A stretch of 63,773 nt of DNA, filler included, from Lenisia limosa (Eukaryota > Protista > Breviatea): assembly GCA_001655205.1 (NCBI GenBank). It is 12 parts of 12 records of this genome, joined end to end, with 100 filler letters (N's around TTAATTAATTAA, not from the genome) between each part and the next. Parts side by side here need not be neighbours in the genome. Positions count along the whole stretch, not along the records: positions 1 to 18,997 come from LPNZ01011524.1; 11 more parts are not named here. One strand, 5' to 3'. Both the position numbers and the translations under genes were made by a program. Positions 1-12,000 of this stretch are shown here, in pieces. The notes under the pieces were generated by a model. That model was not told the DNA's origin, did not search any database, and saw nothing but the letters and a program-made list of their open reading frames with translations. Positions within the stretch are counted from its first letter, which is position 1; each line of letters opens with the position of its first letter.

Positions 1-3000
1 AGGGGGGGGGGGTAAAATCAGGATACAAAAACTGAAGCAAGTATACTACAGTGTAAGGCCGCAATCACAATGATCGACAGTGTTGACGGCATGCGCATAC
101 ATTACATAGAGTTGCAGCGGAGGCAGAGTTGTCGAGCAGCAGTTTCAGGAGTTGGGGTGAGTCCTCAATGATCGCAACGGACACCAGAGGAGCGCCGTTC
201 TGGGGGGGGGGGGNNNNNNNNNNNNNNNNNNNNNNNNNNNNNNNNNNNNNNNNNNNNNNNNNNNNNNNNNNNNNNNNNNNNNNNNNNNNNNNNNNNNNNN
301 NNNNNNNNNNNNNNNNNNNNTGGAACTGAGTGATCACGTATTAAAATGTAGTACAACTATTCACCCTTACTGATCTGTATTCAAAGAAACAAACCATGGG
401 GCTGTGCCAATCCAGCATCTCATGCTTTCGATTGTGGAGAAGTGTAGCCGTGAGAGATGGTTGCTTCCTGGTGTAGTATATGGCCTCAGACTGAAAAGAG
501 TTAATCGACCAAGATTTGGTTGAGTTTGTTGAGATAGAATTAAATCAAGGAGGTTTGGTTGAGTATGTTGAGATGGAAGTTAATCAAGGAGATTTGGTTT
601 CATAGAAGTAGGGCTTCACTTCAATTCGAAGAAGACTGGTAAAATATCGATAGTTTTCGAGGATTTATCGAGAAATTCAGTCTTTTTTCGAACCAAAGTG
701 AAGCCCTTAGTAAAAGCCATCGTGAGTTCATGACAAGTTCACAAACAATTTCCAAGGTGATGCCTTTTCGGAAGAACTCCAACAAATGTCCGTACTAAGA
801 GGTTAGCAAGCGAGGAAACCAGGAACAATACAGTTGATTAAACGGCAAATGTTGCCCACTAGAGTAGTCTTCGAAGGCTGGAGAGGGGACGGGCGGTTGA
901 CCACCTGAAATCCTGCTCTTCTACACTGCACCGTTCTGAGATCTAGGTGTGTAGCATGGAACGAAAACACCAACTAAATAGGGTCAAGAGCATACCAAAT
1001 TGTACAAGTTTTGTGTCGACAATTTATGTCATATATTTACCTATTTACAAAGTATAATGCAGGAACCCACATCTTCAAGGAACGGCTGATGAACAGAGAA
1101 GCGCAATCCTTTGTCCATACACCTCTGGATAGTCAAAACAAAAGGAGTAACGTTGTGTGCATCAATATATAATAATGGTATCTTCTGAAATACCTGAGGC
1201 TTCACTTCGGTTCAAAAAAAGACTGAATTTCTCGAGAACTATCGATATTTTAAAGGTCTTTTTCCAACCGAAGTGAAGCCCTAGAAATATCCCTGTAGTT
1301 GTGTTCATTATCGCAATCCCTATATGCCCTAGAACAGGATGATGGTCGTACCTTGAAATCAACCACATAAGCTGTGGATACTGGGGCGTCTTGGATGTCG
1401 CAGGTCACTGTGGTGGTATGAGCGGTTTGAAAGGAGGATTTGGGGTTATATATATCATATATAAATATATCATATGTATGCTTATAAGAGATCTAGTACT
1501 ACGTTAATTCTACTAAATATAATGTATGCAAGTCAGTTTGCAAAGAGAGATTGGGAAACTAAACGTATTACCCATACTTACAGTGCGCATTTGGTGCTGT
1601 CATTGACGCAGCGACAACACTGAAATGGTCACTCATTCCGGGCATGAATAAAGACAGGCATGTATGGCAGCAGGTATGAATAAAGACAGGCATGTAATAT
1701 AGTAACAAGCATGTATGTAACAAGCATGTATAGTAACAGGTGTAATGACAGGTGTGAGTATAATGACGATGAATATAACATATAAAATGTGGGGGGTCCG
1801 AAGAAGCTCAACACTTCACTACGCCTACTCATGGTCCTCAAGAGCATCCTCGCAGATCGCAAACGCCTTCACTGCCTCATCCATGGACTTAGTGAACTCT
1901 CCGTCGACAACAAAGCTGTAGATGTGGTCGCTGAGAATCCAGGCGTGTGGAATGGCGTTGGCGTGGCAGATGCGCATGATCAAGTCACACGCATTACCGT
2001 AGAACTGGGCCACAGAAACAACGGACACCACCATGAACTCCTTGCCCCATGCTTTGGCGTAATCGTCGAACTGATGGGGCTGCACTATGAGAATTGCGCG
2101 GACGTTGACGTCAAATGTTCCGTTGTAGCCATGCAGGGAGGGGTCGAGGACGTTGAACGATATGATGAACAGTGTGCGGCCGTGATATAGTTTGTTCTCG
2201 CGGAAGTCGCAGTATAGGTCACTTAGAGGGATGGAGGTTGTGAGTTGGATGGGCTCGGATTCCAGCACAGATTTGTTGACAACTTGACAGGCTGCCTCAA
2301 GTTCAACCTGGCGGGGGAGGGGTAAAAATTGGAAAATTTATGAATCAAAAAAAGTCCATAATCAACTCTGTCGGCAGATAACACACGAGGGTTGATAACA
2401 ATAAGAACAAACAAAGCCCAGGCCGGGGGATGAATTTTTTTAAAATCCAAAAATCCTGGAACCCAAAGAGGATGTTGGCCAAATAATAAAAGTCCAACAT
2501 TTAACCCATAAAGGTACCGACAGGTAAGAGTTTGAGACAACTGGTATTGAGCCCCCCCCCCCGGCTTCACTTTGCTTCGAAAAAGACCGGTAAAATATCG
2601 ATAGTTTTCGAGGATTTATCGAGAAATTCAGTCTTTTTTTGAAACTATTTCTTTCATATCCCATCAGCGAAATGAGTTTTTTTTCTCTGGGATATATTAT
2701 GTAGACATGGGTTTCCCGCCAACCTGCAATGACGACGTCAGTGCATCCACCTCAGGCATGATGGGGGAGGGTGACACTGCCACTGTGGAGGCCAAACTGG
2801 TACAGCGATCTGAGAGATCCGTCCATGCCAACGCAGTTCGGCCCTGAATATTGAGGTCCATGAGATTTGAGTTCTCAGCTTTTTTACAAAAATTCAATTC
2901 AATGTGGGTCATGCCTTATCAATGGAGTAAGATCATACTAATATATGTATATATATATCATATATATGTAACACATGAACCTCGTAGATATCCCAACCTG

Positions 3001-4250
3001 TCCATTTTTTGAGCGAATGAAGCAAGAAGCCAAATCAAAGACCTAGGCTGTAAGGAATCGCAACAATAACAATTGCACGAGGGTTCATTGATGTTCAAGC
3101 CAATCAGTCCATTGTCCGATCCAGCACAAACCTGCGCTGCCGTACTGAGGAAGGAAAACACCTCGATAAAGGGTACACCCCGGGCGAGATAGGTCCGAAC
3201 AATTTCTACCATTTCCGTCCACACCGACGACGCCGCACCCTCATCTGTGCTGGCATCGACAAAACTTCGGACGCCGGCAGCACTAGTCTGCAGGGCAGTG
3301 GTAACCTGGCCAAGAGGCCCACCAGGCCCGATGTCAAGGAAGTTGAACGAAAAGTCGCTGCATCGCGTAATGCAAAAGAGCGCGCTCGCAATGCGCTGGC
3401 GTGCAGTGGCATGGAAAGGACCCTCGTCGCCCGGCCGGAAGAATGCAGCCTGGGCTCGGCNNNNNNNNNNNNNNNNNNNNNNNNNNNNNNNNNNNNNNNN
3501 NNNNNNNNNNNNNNNNNNNNNNNNNNNNNNNNNNNNNNNNNNNNNNNNNNNNNNNNNNNNNNNNNNNNNNNNNNNNNNNNNNNNNNNNNNACAATACAAA
3601 TTTACAAATATATTGTTTATAATAATATAAAGTGTATATTATATACATTTGTCGTAATATCTAAATAGAAAAAAATCCCCCAGAAACAAGCTGAAACCAA
3701 AAACTCCTCAACCAGTTGTAACTTTAGAGCATATGATATAGATATATATCTCTATATATATATGAATACTAGTACATATATATAGTATAATATATCGATA
3801 TGTATACTATCTTATCATATCCTATCTCCTCAAATAAGAACCAGAACCTCTAATAGCCCTGCTGCAAACGAGGAAAGTGAATTCAATTATCAACCTGGGT
3901 CTCTCCTTGCCAATACTTTGTAAACAAGATACCAATATACCTCTTCAGGATAGAGCAGAAGGTGAAGTAACGGTGCCAACCGACCCGTGATATGTCCAGA
4001 GAACAACGCCATTGTTTTCAAATGAAAATTTACATCTAAAGTGTTAGTTGGAACAACCCNNNNNNNNNNNNNNNNNNNNNNNNNNNNNNNNNNNNNNNNN
4101 NNNNNNNNNNNNNNNNNNNNNNNNNNNNNNNNNNNNNNNNNNNNNNNNNNNNNNNNNNNNNNNNNNNNNNNNNNNNNNNNTTTCAAACAGACAGCAAGCT
4201 GAGCAGCGACTGAAGAGCCAGCCGATGGTGTTGGGGCTTCTTTGTTGAAT
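1..4250 (-). CDS. Multi-exon ankyrin-repeat protein with a central GREB1-like/TAGT-type GT-A glycosyltransferase domain (3' truncated, 5' end uncertain)
   Basis: Hand-spliced exons read ...GAASSVWTEMVEIVRTYLARGV..., NLMDLNIQGRTALAW (ankyrin-like); RTLFIISF...RAILIVQPHQFDDYAKAWGKEFMVVSV...AWILSDHIYSF (1827-2306); DVVAASMTAPNAH; LTCDIQDAPVSTAYVVDFK; RCMDKGLRFSVHQPFLEDV/DLRTVQCRRAGFQ; then NGAPLVSVAIIEDSPQLLKLLLDNSA (ankyrin-like, 65-200). Exon phases are consistent across GT-AG junctions. Confidence 0.65.
611..706. mobile_element. MITE family A, full copy (~96 bp)
   Basis: ~29-bp TIRs GGGCTTCACTTC(A/G)(A/G)TTCGAAGAAGACTG ... CAGTCTTTTTTCGAACCAAAGTGAAGCCC; intronic. Confidence 0.85.
1197..1281. 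mobile_element. MITE family A copy (core in opposite orientation)
   Basis: GGCTTCACTTCGGTTC ... AACCGAAGTGAAGCCC followed by TAG. Confidence 0.8.
2563..2645. mobile_element. MITE family A, right-truncated copy
   Basis: Left TIR and core AAAATATCGATAGTTTTCGAGGATTTATCGAGAAATTCAGTC identical to the copy at 611. Confidence 0.75.
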
Positions 4251-4506
4251 AGGAAACTATTTGCTTTTGTTGTAATGTAATTGTTGAATTGTTATTGTGT
4301 TGTTGTGCGGATGCAATTTGAGCTGTGAGCAGTGTTTTCGGTTTTTTCGGAGAAACAATGGCCCGGCACGGCAGATACCAAAAATTCCTTCCCGATTCGA
4401 TCTTAGTACACAGTTGTTGACGACACAACTAACACAGCAGAGAGAAATAACAGAGACGGTCGAGAGACGGTGTTGTGCAGGGGTTGTGGTGAGAGTCGGA
4501 AGCAAA

Positions 4507-7004
4507 ATGGCCTCCTCCAAGATGATAGGAATGTGTCTTCTCATGGCCATGTGCCTTTTCTTCGGGTGAGCTGGGGCCTTCAGTCGTCTCCATAAGGCTC
4601 CCCCATCCCTCTTTTTCTGACTGTCCAGGATTGAAGCAAGTGACATGAACGCAAATGGAACCGTATCAAACCTCAAGTAACTTGGGGGGAACCAATCATT
4701 TACCCGACTATTGGTCCGCTTCAAATTCCTTCTTGGGTTCTTGGCCACTGAGGGTTGGAATCTATTGCAACACAAAAATTCGACGATTTTTTCTTCATAA
4801 ATCCCCCAAAATCAGTTCAATTGGCCTCCTTTAGCACATTTTCTTGAGGAAAAGTCGTTGAACTTTTTCGGATCCAACGATTTCGACCCCCTGCAGACAA
4901 GTGCCTTCAATACTCTTGTCACCCCCCCCCCCCCNNNNNNNNNNNNNNNNNNNNNNNNNNNNNNNNNNNNNNNNNNNNNNNNNNNNNNNNNNNNNNNNNN
5001 NNNNNNNNNNNNNNNNNNNNNNNNNNNNNCCTTCTTATGGGAATTCTGTTCCTCTGACCACTTAGCAATTTGTCAATGACCTCGTCAATGAAAAACTGGT
5101 TTGAATTGGGAACTCAAAAGGACATTTTTGATTCATATCATTATTTTTTAAAACAGTTTGGTAAATACCGAATACATAAGTTCGTACTCTGATGTAATTC
5201 CACAATCCCCGAGATTAATTATTCCAATCCGATAACCTTTAGGCTGCTATGAAGTTGGAGATTATCAAGAACATCACAGAGTCGTTGAAAGTCTACAAAG
5301 GTGAATGGGTGTACTTTTCACAATTGTTTTCGCACCTTATTTCACTGGTGATTAACACTGTAGATTGCAAAGATCTATCTGATGTCCCTTCTGGAGTTTA
5401 TTCCATTACAACCTCCGTAGGTCGAGGAAGAGGGTTTGTAGTGAATAACGCAACAGTACCATGATTTCATTAACGAATGATAAGTGGGTTGGTCAGGGAG
5501 GTGTCTAAAGAGAACAAACAAAGTAATACAGAATATATTGCATGTATTATGCATAGTTAGCTTAGTTCTACTCTCAGTACATTATACAATTTGTAATTAT
5601 CAAAACACGTATTTTTATTTTCTTTCTCGCTTTTCTGTGTTTTGCTGAGCTTACCAATGCACTCGAGAATCCATTTGTTATTGTTGGTTATGTCGAAATA
5701 ACATGTTAAGGTTGGTCAAAAAGATGTTTACTGCAACAATGATATTGGCGGCGGCGGTTGGACCCGCGTGTACTACACCGGACAAAGTGAGCGGAACTCT
5801 TTGATCATGGGGATGCTGCTGAATCGTTTTTAATTGATTTTGGTAAGAATCCTGAGATCTGTGGCATCCGAAATTTAAATCTTTAATGAAAATATCGACG
5901 TTTTTCTGGGGGGTTGTTTAAAACACGTAATAATCTGCTGATTCTTTAGCCATGGGTAACTGGATGTTCCAAGCTCCCACTATTGCTTCTAATTATGAGG
6001 TGGGTCCTTGTTTTTTTGGTAGTAAGATTACGCAAATCTTGTGTGTGATTGACCGCTTAGACGGATAATTACTTTATCGGCTTTGCTATTGGCGCTTACC
6101 TTGGAGGAATCTCGTGAGCCTTTGGGATCCCCTTTTTATTATTATTCAATTCTCCATGAACCCTTTCTTATTATCTTAGCTCGGAGTCCCTTTTTGTCAA
6201 AGACAATGGTGAATGGATGAAACTTAGTACCCCTCTTTGGGGCTTAGATTTCGCTGATGAGACAACCTTCGAGGTNNNNNNNNNNNNNNNNNNNNNNNNN
6301 NNNNNNNNNNNNNNNTTCCTGCACTTGTGGGGGGGGGGGTGCCTTGGGGGTTTTGGCGATTATTAAGCATAAAACATTATTCTATACTCCACTATATATC
6401 ATCATATACATATGATATAGTATAATATATAGTATATCATATAGTATATCATATATCATATATATAATATTCATACTGATACTTGTAAGAGGATATGATA
6501 TAATCTTCCATTTTCCAAGCAGCATGAGTAATACATTTAGTGACGACGAGCAGCGGGTACCAAGGAACTGTCAAATACGGTTACACCTCCAAAGCTTCCT
6601 TAACCAGCAGAGGAGGAGAAATTGGAGTGGCCTCTTCATTTGACCACCATCACAATGACTACTACTTCGTCAACAGCAGTTATGAGAATAACCACCTCTA
6701 CAACCTTTCAGCTGATAATGGTTAGCCAAGATCAGGGTTTCATCTGAAAATGGGTTGCCTTGATCGGGGTTTCTGAGAATCATCAATAACCATTAGGGCT
6801 TCACTTCGGTTCGAAAAAGAAATGTTATTGAAGATTTATCGAGAAATTCAGTCTTTTTGAACCGAAGTGAAGCCCTAATTATCATCCATGCCGCTCTTCT
6901 CACCCTTGATAGTGGCGCATTATGGTGTGTGCCTGGCTATCGGCGACTGGTCCAAAAGTACATGCGGTTCGGGTGACCTCAACATTTCCTTCTATTTGAG
7001 GTAG
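4507..7004 (+). CDS. Secreted protein with a fibrinogen-C-like N-terminal motif, multi-exon
   Basis: Signal-peptide-like start MASSKMIGMCLLMAMCLFFG|IEAS; exons DCKDLSDVPSGVYSITTS and VGQKDVYCNNDIGGGGWTRVYY match the fibrinogen-related C..SGVY.I...VYC....GGGWT motif; last exon VAHYGVCLAIGDWSKSTCGSGDLNISFYLR-TAG ends at 7004. Confidence 0.65.
6796..6875. mobile_element. MITE family A, internally deleted copy
   Basis: Perfect outer TIRs, flanked by TTA and TAA. Confidence 0.85.
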
Positions 7005-7119
7005 TATTCAATATGAAGCCTCGCACTCTTTCATTGGAAATAATCTATATAGTTTTATATTTTATAAAAAATAAGGTTGTATCTGGCCGANNNNNNNNNN
7101 NNNNNNNNNNNNNNAAGAA

Positions 7120-7960
7120 TGAGGGAACATGCAGGGTTCATTAGGGGTCAATCTTCAACGCATCCGGGATAACCGGGTTTTCCAACAGACAGGAGCCAGG
7201 GAAGAATTCTGATCCGTGAGAGTTGTATTCAAAAATACGATTCCCTCACCTTGCCTGAGCTTGACAAGGTCGGCCAGTCTTGCTTCAAGTACCTCGTGAT
7301 GCGACTGCCTGGAGTGTGAACACAACAACTCTGAAAGAATTGAATTGATTAGTGGGAAATTGCTTTTTTAAAACTGAACAATGAAAACAGACCCCCCCAC
7401 GAAATAGGTTTCCCTGAGGTCAGAGTTGTTGGAAGCCCCTCGGACGTCCTGTCCTCTGTGTAGAGCTGGGGGTTAGGTTCAGTCAACACAACATGTGGAA
7501 TTAAGGCCAGGCATTTCTTCATATCCCTTCCTACATGGGGCTCCAGGAGGTCTTCAACACAGCGTGCTGCTGCCCGCGCTCTTTTCTTCATTGCCATCGT
7601 CTTAACAGTTAAGCCGATAGAATGGTTGATAGAGGGTTTAAGAATTTTCCAAAACTCGTCTTTTTCAGACACCTTTTCACCCCCAACCCCTCACAAATAC
7701 ACTCTTCTTCTTGACGGAGACAGGTTTAATGAGTTTGTCCGTTTTTAGCGCCTTTGCTTCGTTCTCATCCACTAGTCTGGGCACATAAGTGATTCCTTTC
7801 CGCTCTCAATTGCTACTAACAGTATAACAAAAGAAACAAAGAAACTAGGTAACAGAGTCCTACCTGAACAATCCATTGCCGGGACTTGAACCGAGAGCAA
7901 TGCCCGCCTCGAGGAACGTGTCGTTTTGGGCGTTTTCGCAGAGACGATGTAGCCCTTCAA
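7120..7960 (-). CDS. Hypothetical multi-exon protein
   Basis: Splice-bounded open segments VPRLVDENEAKALKTDKLIKPVSVKKKS, SEKDEFWKILKPSINHSIG...RCVEDLLEPHVGRDMKKCLALIPH, ELLCSHSRQSHHEVLEARLADLVKLRQ. No domain recognised. Confidence 0.5.
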
Positions 7961-8119
7961 CAAAAGTGGCCATCTATGGATATTAGGTCATTTGTTATTA
8001 TGATTAAAGCGCTACGCACAAATAAGACTCGGCAGTCATACGCTTAAAAATTACCAACGTCACTTTCAATAAAAATGAACATTCATTATTGTGTTCTGCA
8101 GCCCCTTGTAAGTTACCTC

Positions 8120-8850
8120 CTTAGGGTCTTCGGGTGCGTTGGCAACCATTTCGCGAACTTGGCGTAAAAAATAGACCCCCGCCGCCGCCACCTTGAAAAT
8201 CAGAAAACGAGGTTGCGGTATCTTTGTGAAACTTCGGGGAAATATAGATAAGTGGATCGCCTATTGGAGGGGGGAGGAAAGAAGGACACATCTCACCTCC
8301 ATTGTGCGAGATGAGGGGTGCGACGACGCGGCCGCCAAATGCGTGGCGTTGGGTGGACAAGGCAGCCCGGTCTCAATGAAGCCGAGAATGTCTAGGGTGG
8401 TCCCAACAATTCTGCCGGCAATACGAACCACCATGGGGTTACTACAGAGTATGAATGACTGCTTAAATTATATGATACGATACGTAGAACACAATGGGAA
8501 ATAAAACAAGGTAGTCTTAATATTGTTATCTTTTAAAAAGACCGTTCGTGACTTAGGCATGATGCCCTGCATGCACACTATTTCCTAAGAGCTTACTAAG
8601 ATGAGGACTCCACCGCAGTGATAAGGTCACTTATGATGTTCATGGCTTGGCGAGTGTCGAAATTGTCCTGCGTGGTGAGTGGTCCGAAATATGTCAATAA
8701 TAGTAAGATGTTTTTTGAAAAATGAGAACTTATCTTAAAATATCACAGTGCTTACTGCAAGAGCTTTGCCAATCTTTGTCCGCGACTCAGCAATACTGTG
8801 GGGTTTTTTATGAGTTATTGTTCAAAGACTACGGATTATTTGAGGTATCA
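8120..8850 (+). CDS. Possible hypothetical protein (fragmentary)
   Basis: ORF 8193-8504 plus short GT-AG-bounded segments such as LLFKDYGLFE. Frame continuity was not established. Confidence 0.25.
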
Positions 8851-9039
8851 ATAGAAACTGGTGTTATAAGATTGGTCGAAGCTTTTTGATTGTTTTTCTA
8901 ATCTTTTTTGTTTCAAAGAGAAATTACAATATCATAAAAATGGAATGGTTAACATCTTTGGACATTTTCAATCCATAATACGGAAACAATGGGAGCAAAC
9001 TGATTGATACAGTGGTCACCCCCCCCCCCACAGTTCCAC

Positions 9040-12000
9040 CCCATCCATGTCGTCAGGTGTGAGATGGAACGGCTGGTCTAGATCGAGCCACCCATTGAGG
9101 TCCTTCAGTACCTAAAGAGTTACATTATGAAGACAGCCTTGTGTCTGTACTTGAATTACATGACCAATGATTAAAACCGTATCAACGCATTCTGTCTGTA
9201 CTGACTCATGTTTCTCATCAACGCATTATGTAAAATATTGATGATTATTCCCCCACTTCGTCATCGTCAGGCCACGGGCCATCTTGTCCCAGTGACTGCT
9301 CGAGAATCCCAGGCAAATGCTTAGGAAACTCAAAGTCCCCTGCAGTCCAACACTCAGGCCCCTAAGTCATTAGCAAATGACCAGTGGAAAAGAGCCAAAA
9401 GGTCTAAACAATCCCTACGCTGCATTTTGCGATATGTTGCTCTCTGAGCTTCCTCTGATACTTTGAGAGATTTGGCGGAGCATAAAAGAGTCCAGAAGAG
9501 TCTATTAAAGCGTTACATACAGAAATGAGAACTGGGAAGGTACGAAACTTCATATTGCCAAAGGGTGCCAGCACAATACCTTCGGAAAGAAGAGACCTAT
9601 CCCGCCAATGGTCTCGGTTGTCGTTGCTGTCCGTCATACGGAACCCGCTACTGGAAACAAAGGAGCGCACTCGTATCAAATTCCTGGGATGTAAAGAGGA
9701 TTTGATTTCAACATCGGATAGCTGATGACTATGTGAGCCTGTAAAAGAACATTCAAATCGGAGTTATTCATATCCCTACCGCTGGGCATGTTCCAAAGAA
9801 GGCTCTGAGAAGTCAGCAGGTTTGTTAATGGGTCGGAGGCAGCAGAACATTCGGAACATGTCGGCATCGTTTTCATCCAGGAAGGCCTGTCTTCATTACC
9901 AGGCTAGCGGCTTACCTCTACTGTCACCGCATTAGAGAGGTTTCGCGACATCTTTATTCCATCACAATGCAACATTCCTAGACAGTCAGAAAACCCCATT
10001 GTGAAAAGGTCCATTTAAAACGGGATGATGAATTACTATTAACCATAGAGGTTCACGAATAAATCGATAATTGTGGTTTATCTCATGCGATCAGTCCACC
10101 CCCAACAAACCGCTATGAAGCCATACATCAGCCCAATTCTGCCCATAACAGCCGAAAACGGCCTTGATCAGCTGCAGTGAAATTTCGTTTTCTGGGAGTA
10201 AGTCTTTTCCTAGGGGAGTTAACAGGTAAAGAATGAGCCAACCAGATGAGTAGATGTTGAATTCTTCAGCATAAACGTAACTAAAAGTGGTGAGAGATGG
10301 GTGTAAGACTTACGCTCCCAAAGCAGCATGAAAGACGTTCGATGTTGGGATGCCAGGACCCCACGGTGAGGGGAAGGAGAGGCCCGCTACTGCGTTATTG
10401 AAATTTCAAAGAATTTGAAAGAACTGATTACAACTCCTAATAACGTCCTGTTAACAAAACAATTCTTCAAACACGCACTCTTGTGATTCAACTGAAAGTC
10501 CTTTACTACCCCCACCCTTTTCCCCCTGTGTCCAGAGGGCGACGTCTCGAGGGTCTTTCTTATACTCCTCAAGGGGATCCGCCTCGAAGTTCTAATCACG
10601 GGTGAGAAAGGACTTCAGAGCCAAGGGCTTCACAGAAATTTATTCATTTTCTATCACCAGAAATTTTTCATTGTAGCTCTTTTTTCAGGTCAACACAACT
10701 GTATTTGAAAAAGACACACCCATAAGCCCTCCAGAACATCACTCACCTCATGGGGGTAGAGAATGCCGGTAGCAAAGTCTCGGTTGTACAGACTTGAATC
10801 AAAGAAAACACTGCAAATGTCAGCCAGTCAAAATGAAGTAATAATATTCGTGCCCCAAAGCAAATAACAGCATTTCCCCATGAAAAACACATAAAATGAA
10901 GAGGACCTACTCTGACCACAGCCCCCTTCTCACTTGCCAGCCATCTCGTATGCATAGTGCTGACGGACCAATCGCTCAATAAACTCCACGGCCCGGGGTA
11001 CTTCCTCACTCCCGCGAATGATCAAGTCAGGCGGTTTGATCTACGGGATCAAGACAATTGCAGCCCACATTCAAGAGGTTCATTTGTCTGAAAAAGGCGG
11101 CTTCGTTTCTTCGGGCAACAATGAAGGGGTGTTCTTCGTCCGTTTCCGACTTCGTTAACACCTAGGGCGTTACCTCTCGTTATTTTGGTGCTATTGTGAA
11201 GGTTTTTGAAAATGCCTCGAAAAGTGGCCCACTCTGTCATCCAGATCGTTGATAGTGAGGGAAAACGCCAAAGGGACGCGGAAGTAGTCCCCAATAATGC
11301 GTCTGAAAGCATGGTGAGGGAAATGGGCTATACATCCTTATGTTTCTCCTGTACACCTCATATCCATATCATTGACTAAAGGACAACTAACGTCATATCA
11401 ATGTGAGTGTTTTATAGCGGCGAACCTGGCAATATCAATGTTCATGTACGTTCTTGCATGACCCATATGAGGTATGTCGTAGACTGTCGGGCCTGAAGCA
11501 AGCCTAGGGGGGGGGGGGNNNNNNNNNNNNNNNNNNNNNNNNNNNNNNNNNNNNNNNNNNNNNNNNNNNNNNNNNNNNNNNNNNNNNNNNNNNNNNNNNN
11601 NNNNNNNCTTTCAGAGTATCAGAGTGAAATATGGTTTATAGTATCCCTATGTATTCTTATGTTCCCCTAGATATATTTAATATGCTTGCTCCAGAAAAGA
11701 AGAAGCATGATATGGTATCGTACCATGTCAAAGGGGCTTCAAACTGGGAGGGCATTGCGCACAGTTCAACCTGGTCAGGTTATGCCAGGTTATGTCATGT
11801 TATGCCAGGGGTTGCGCTAAGTATAATCCTTCAGTGTCCAAACAGCACAACCAAAAAAAAAGTTTTTCAAAAACAAGAGTAACATGTTCAACCTGGCCAA
11901 ACACACTTTCCTTGAGAGGGTGTTGTGAATACCAATTGAGGGGCCAACTCCAAAGTTATGGTGGTGATCTACACAGTAACTTCAGCCAAAGCATCATACA

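Noticed and set aside
3300-3360. FLDIGPGGPLG as a SAM-methyltransferase motif I or a PKS acyltransferase motif
   Set aside because: The context (NFLD...G..TTALQTSAA...EMVEIVRTYLARG) fits a degenerate ankyrin repeat better, and no other MTase or PKS motifs follow.
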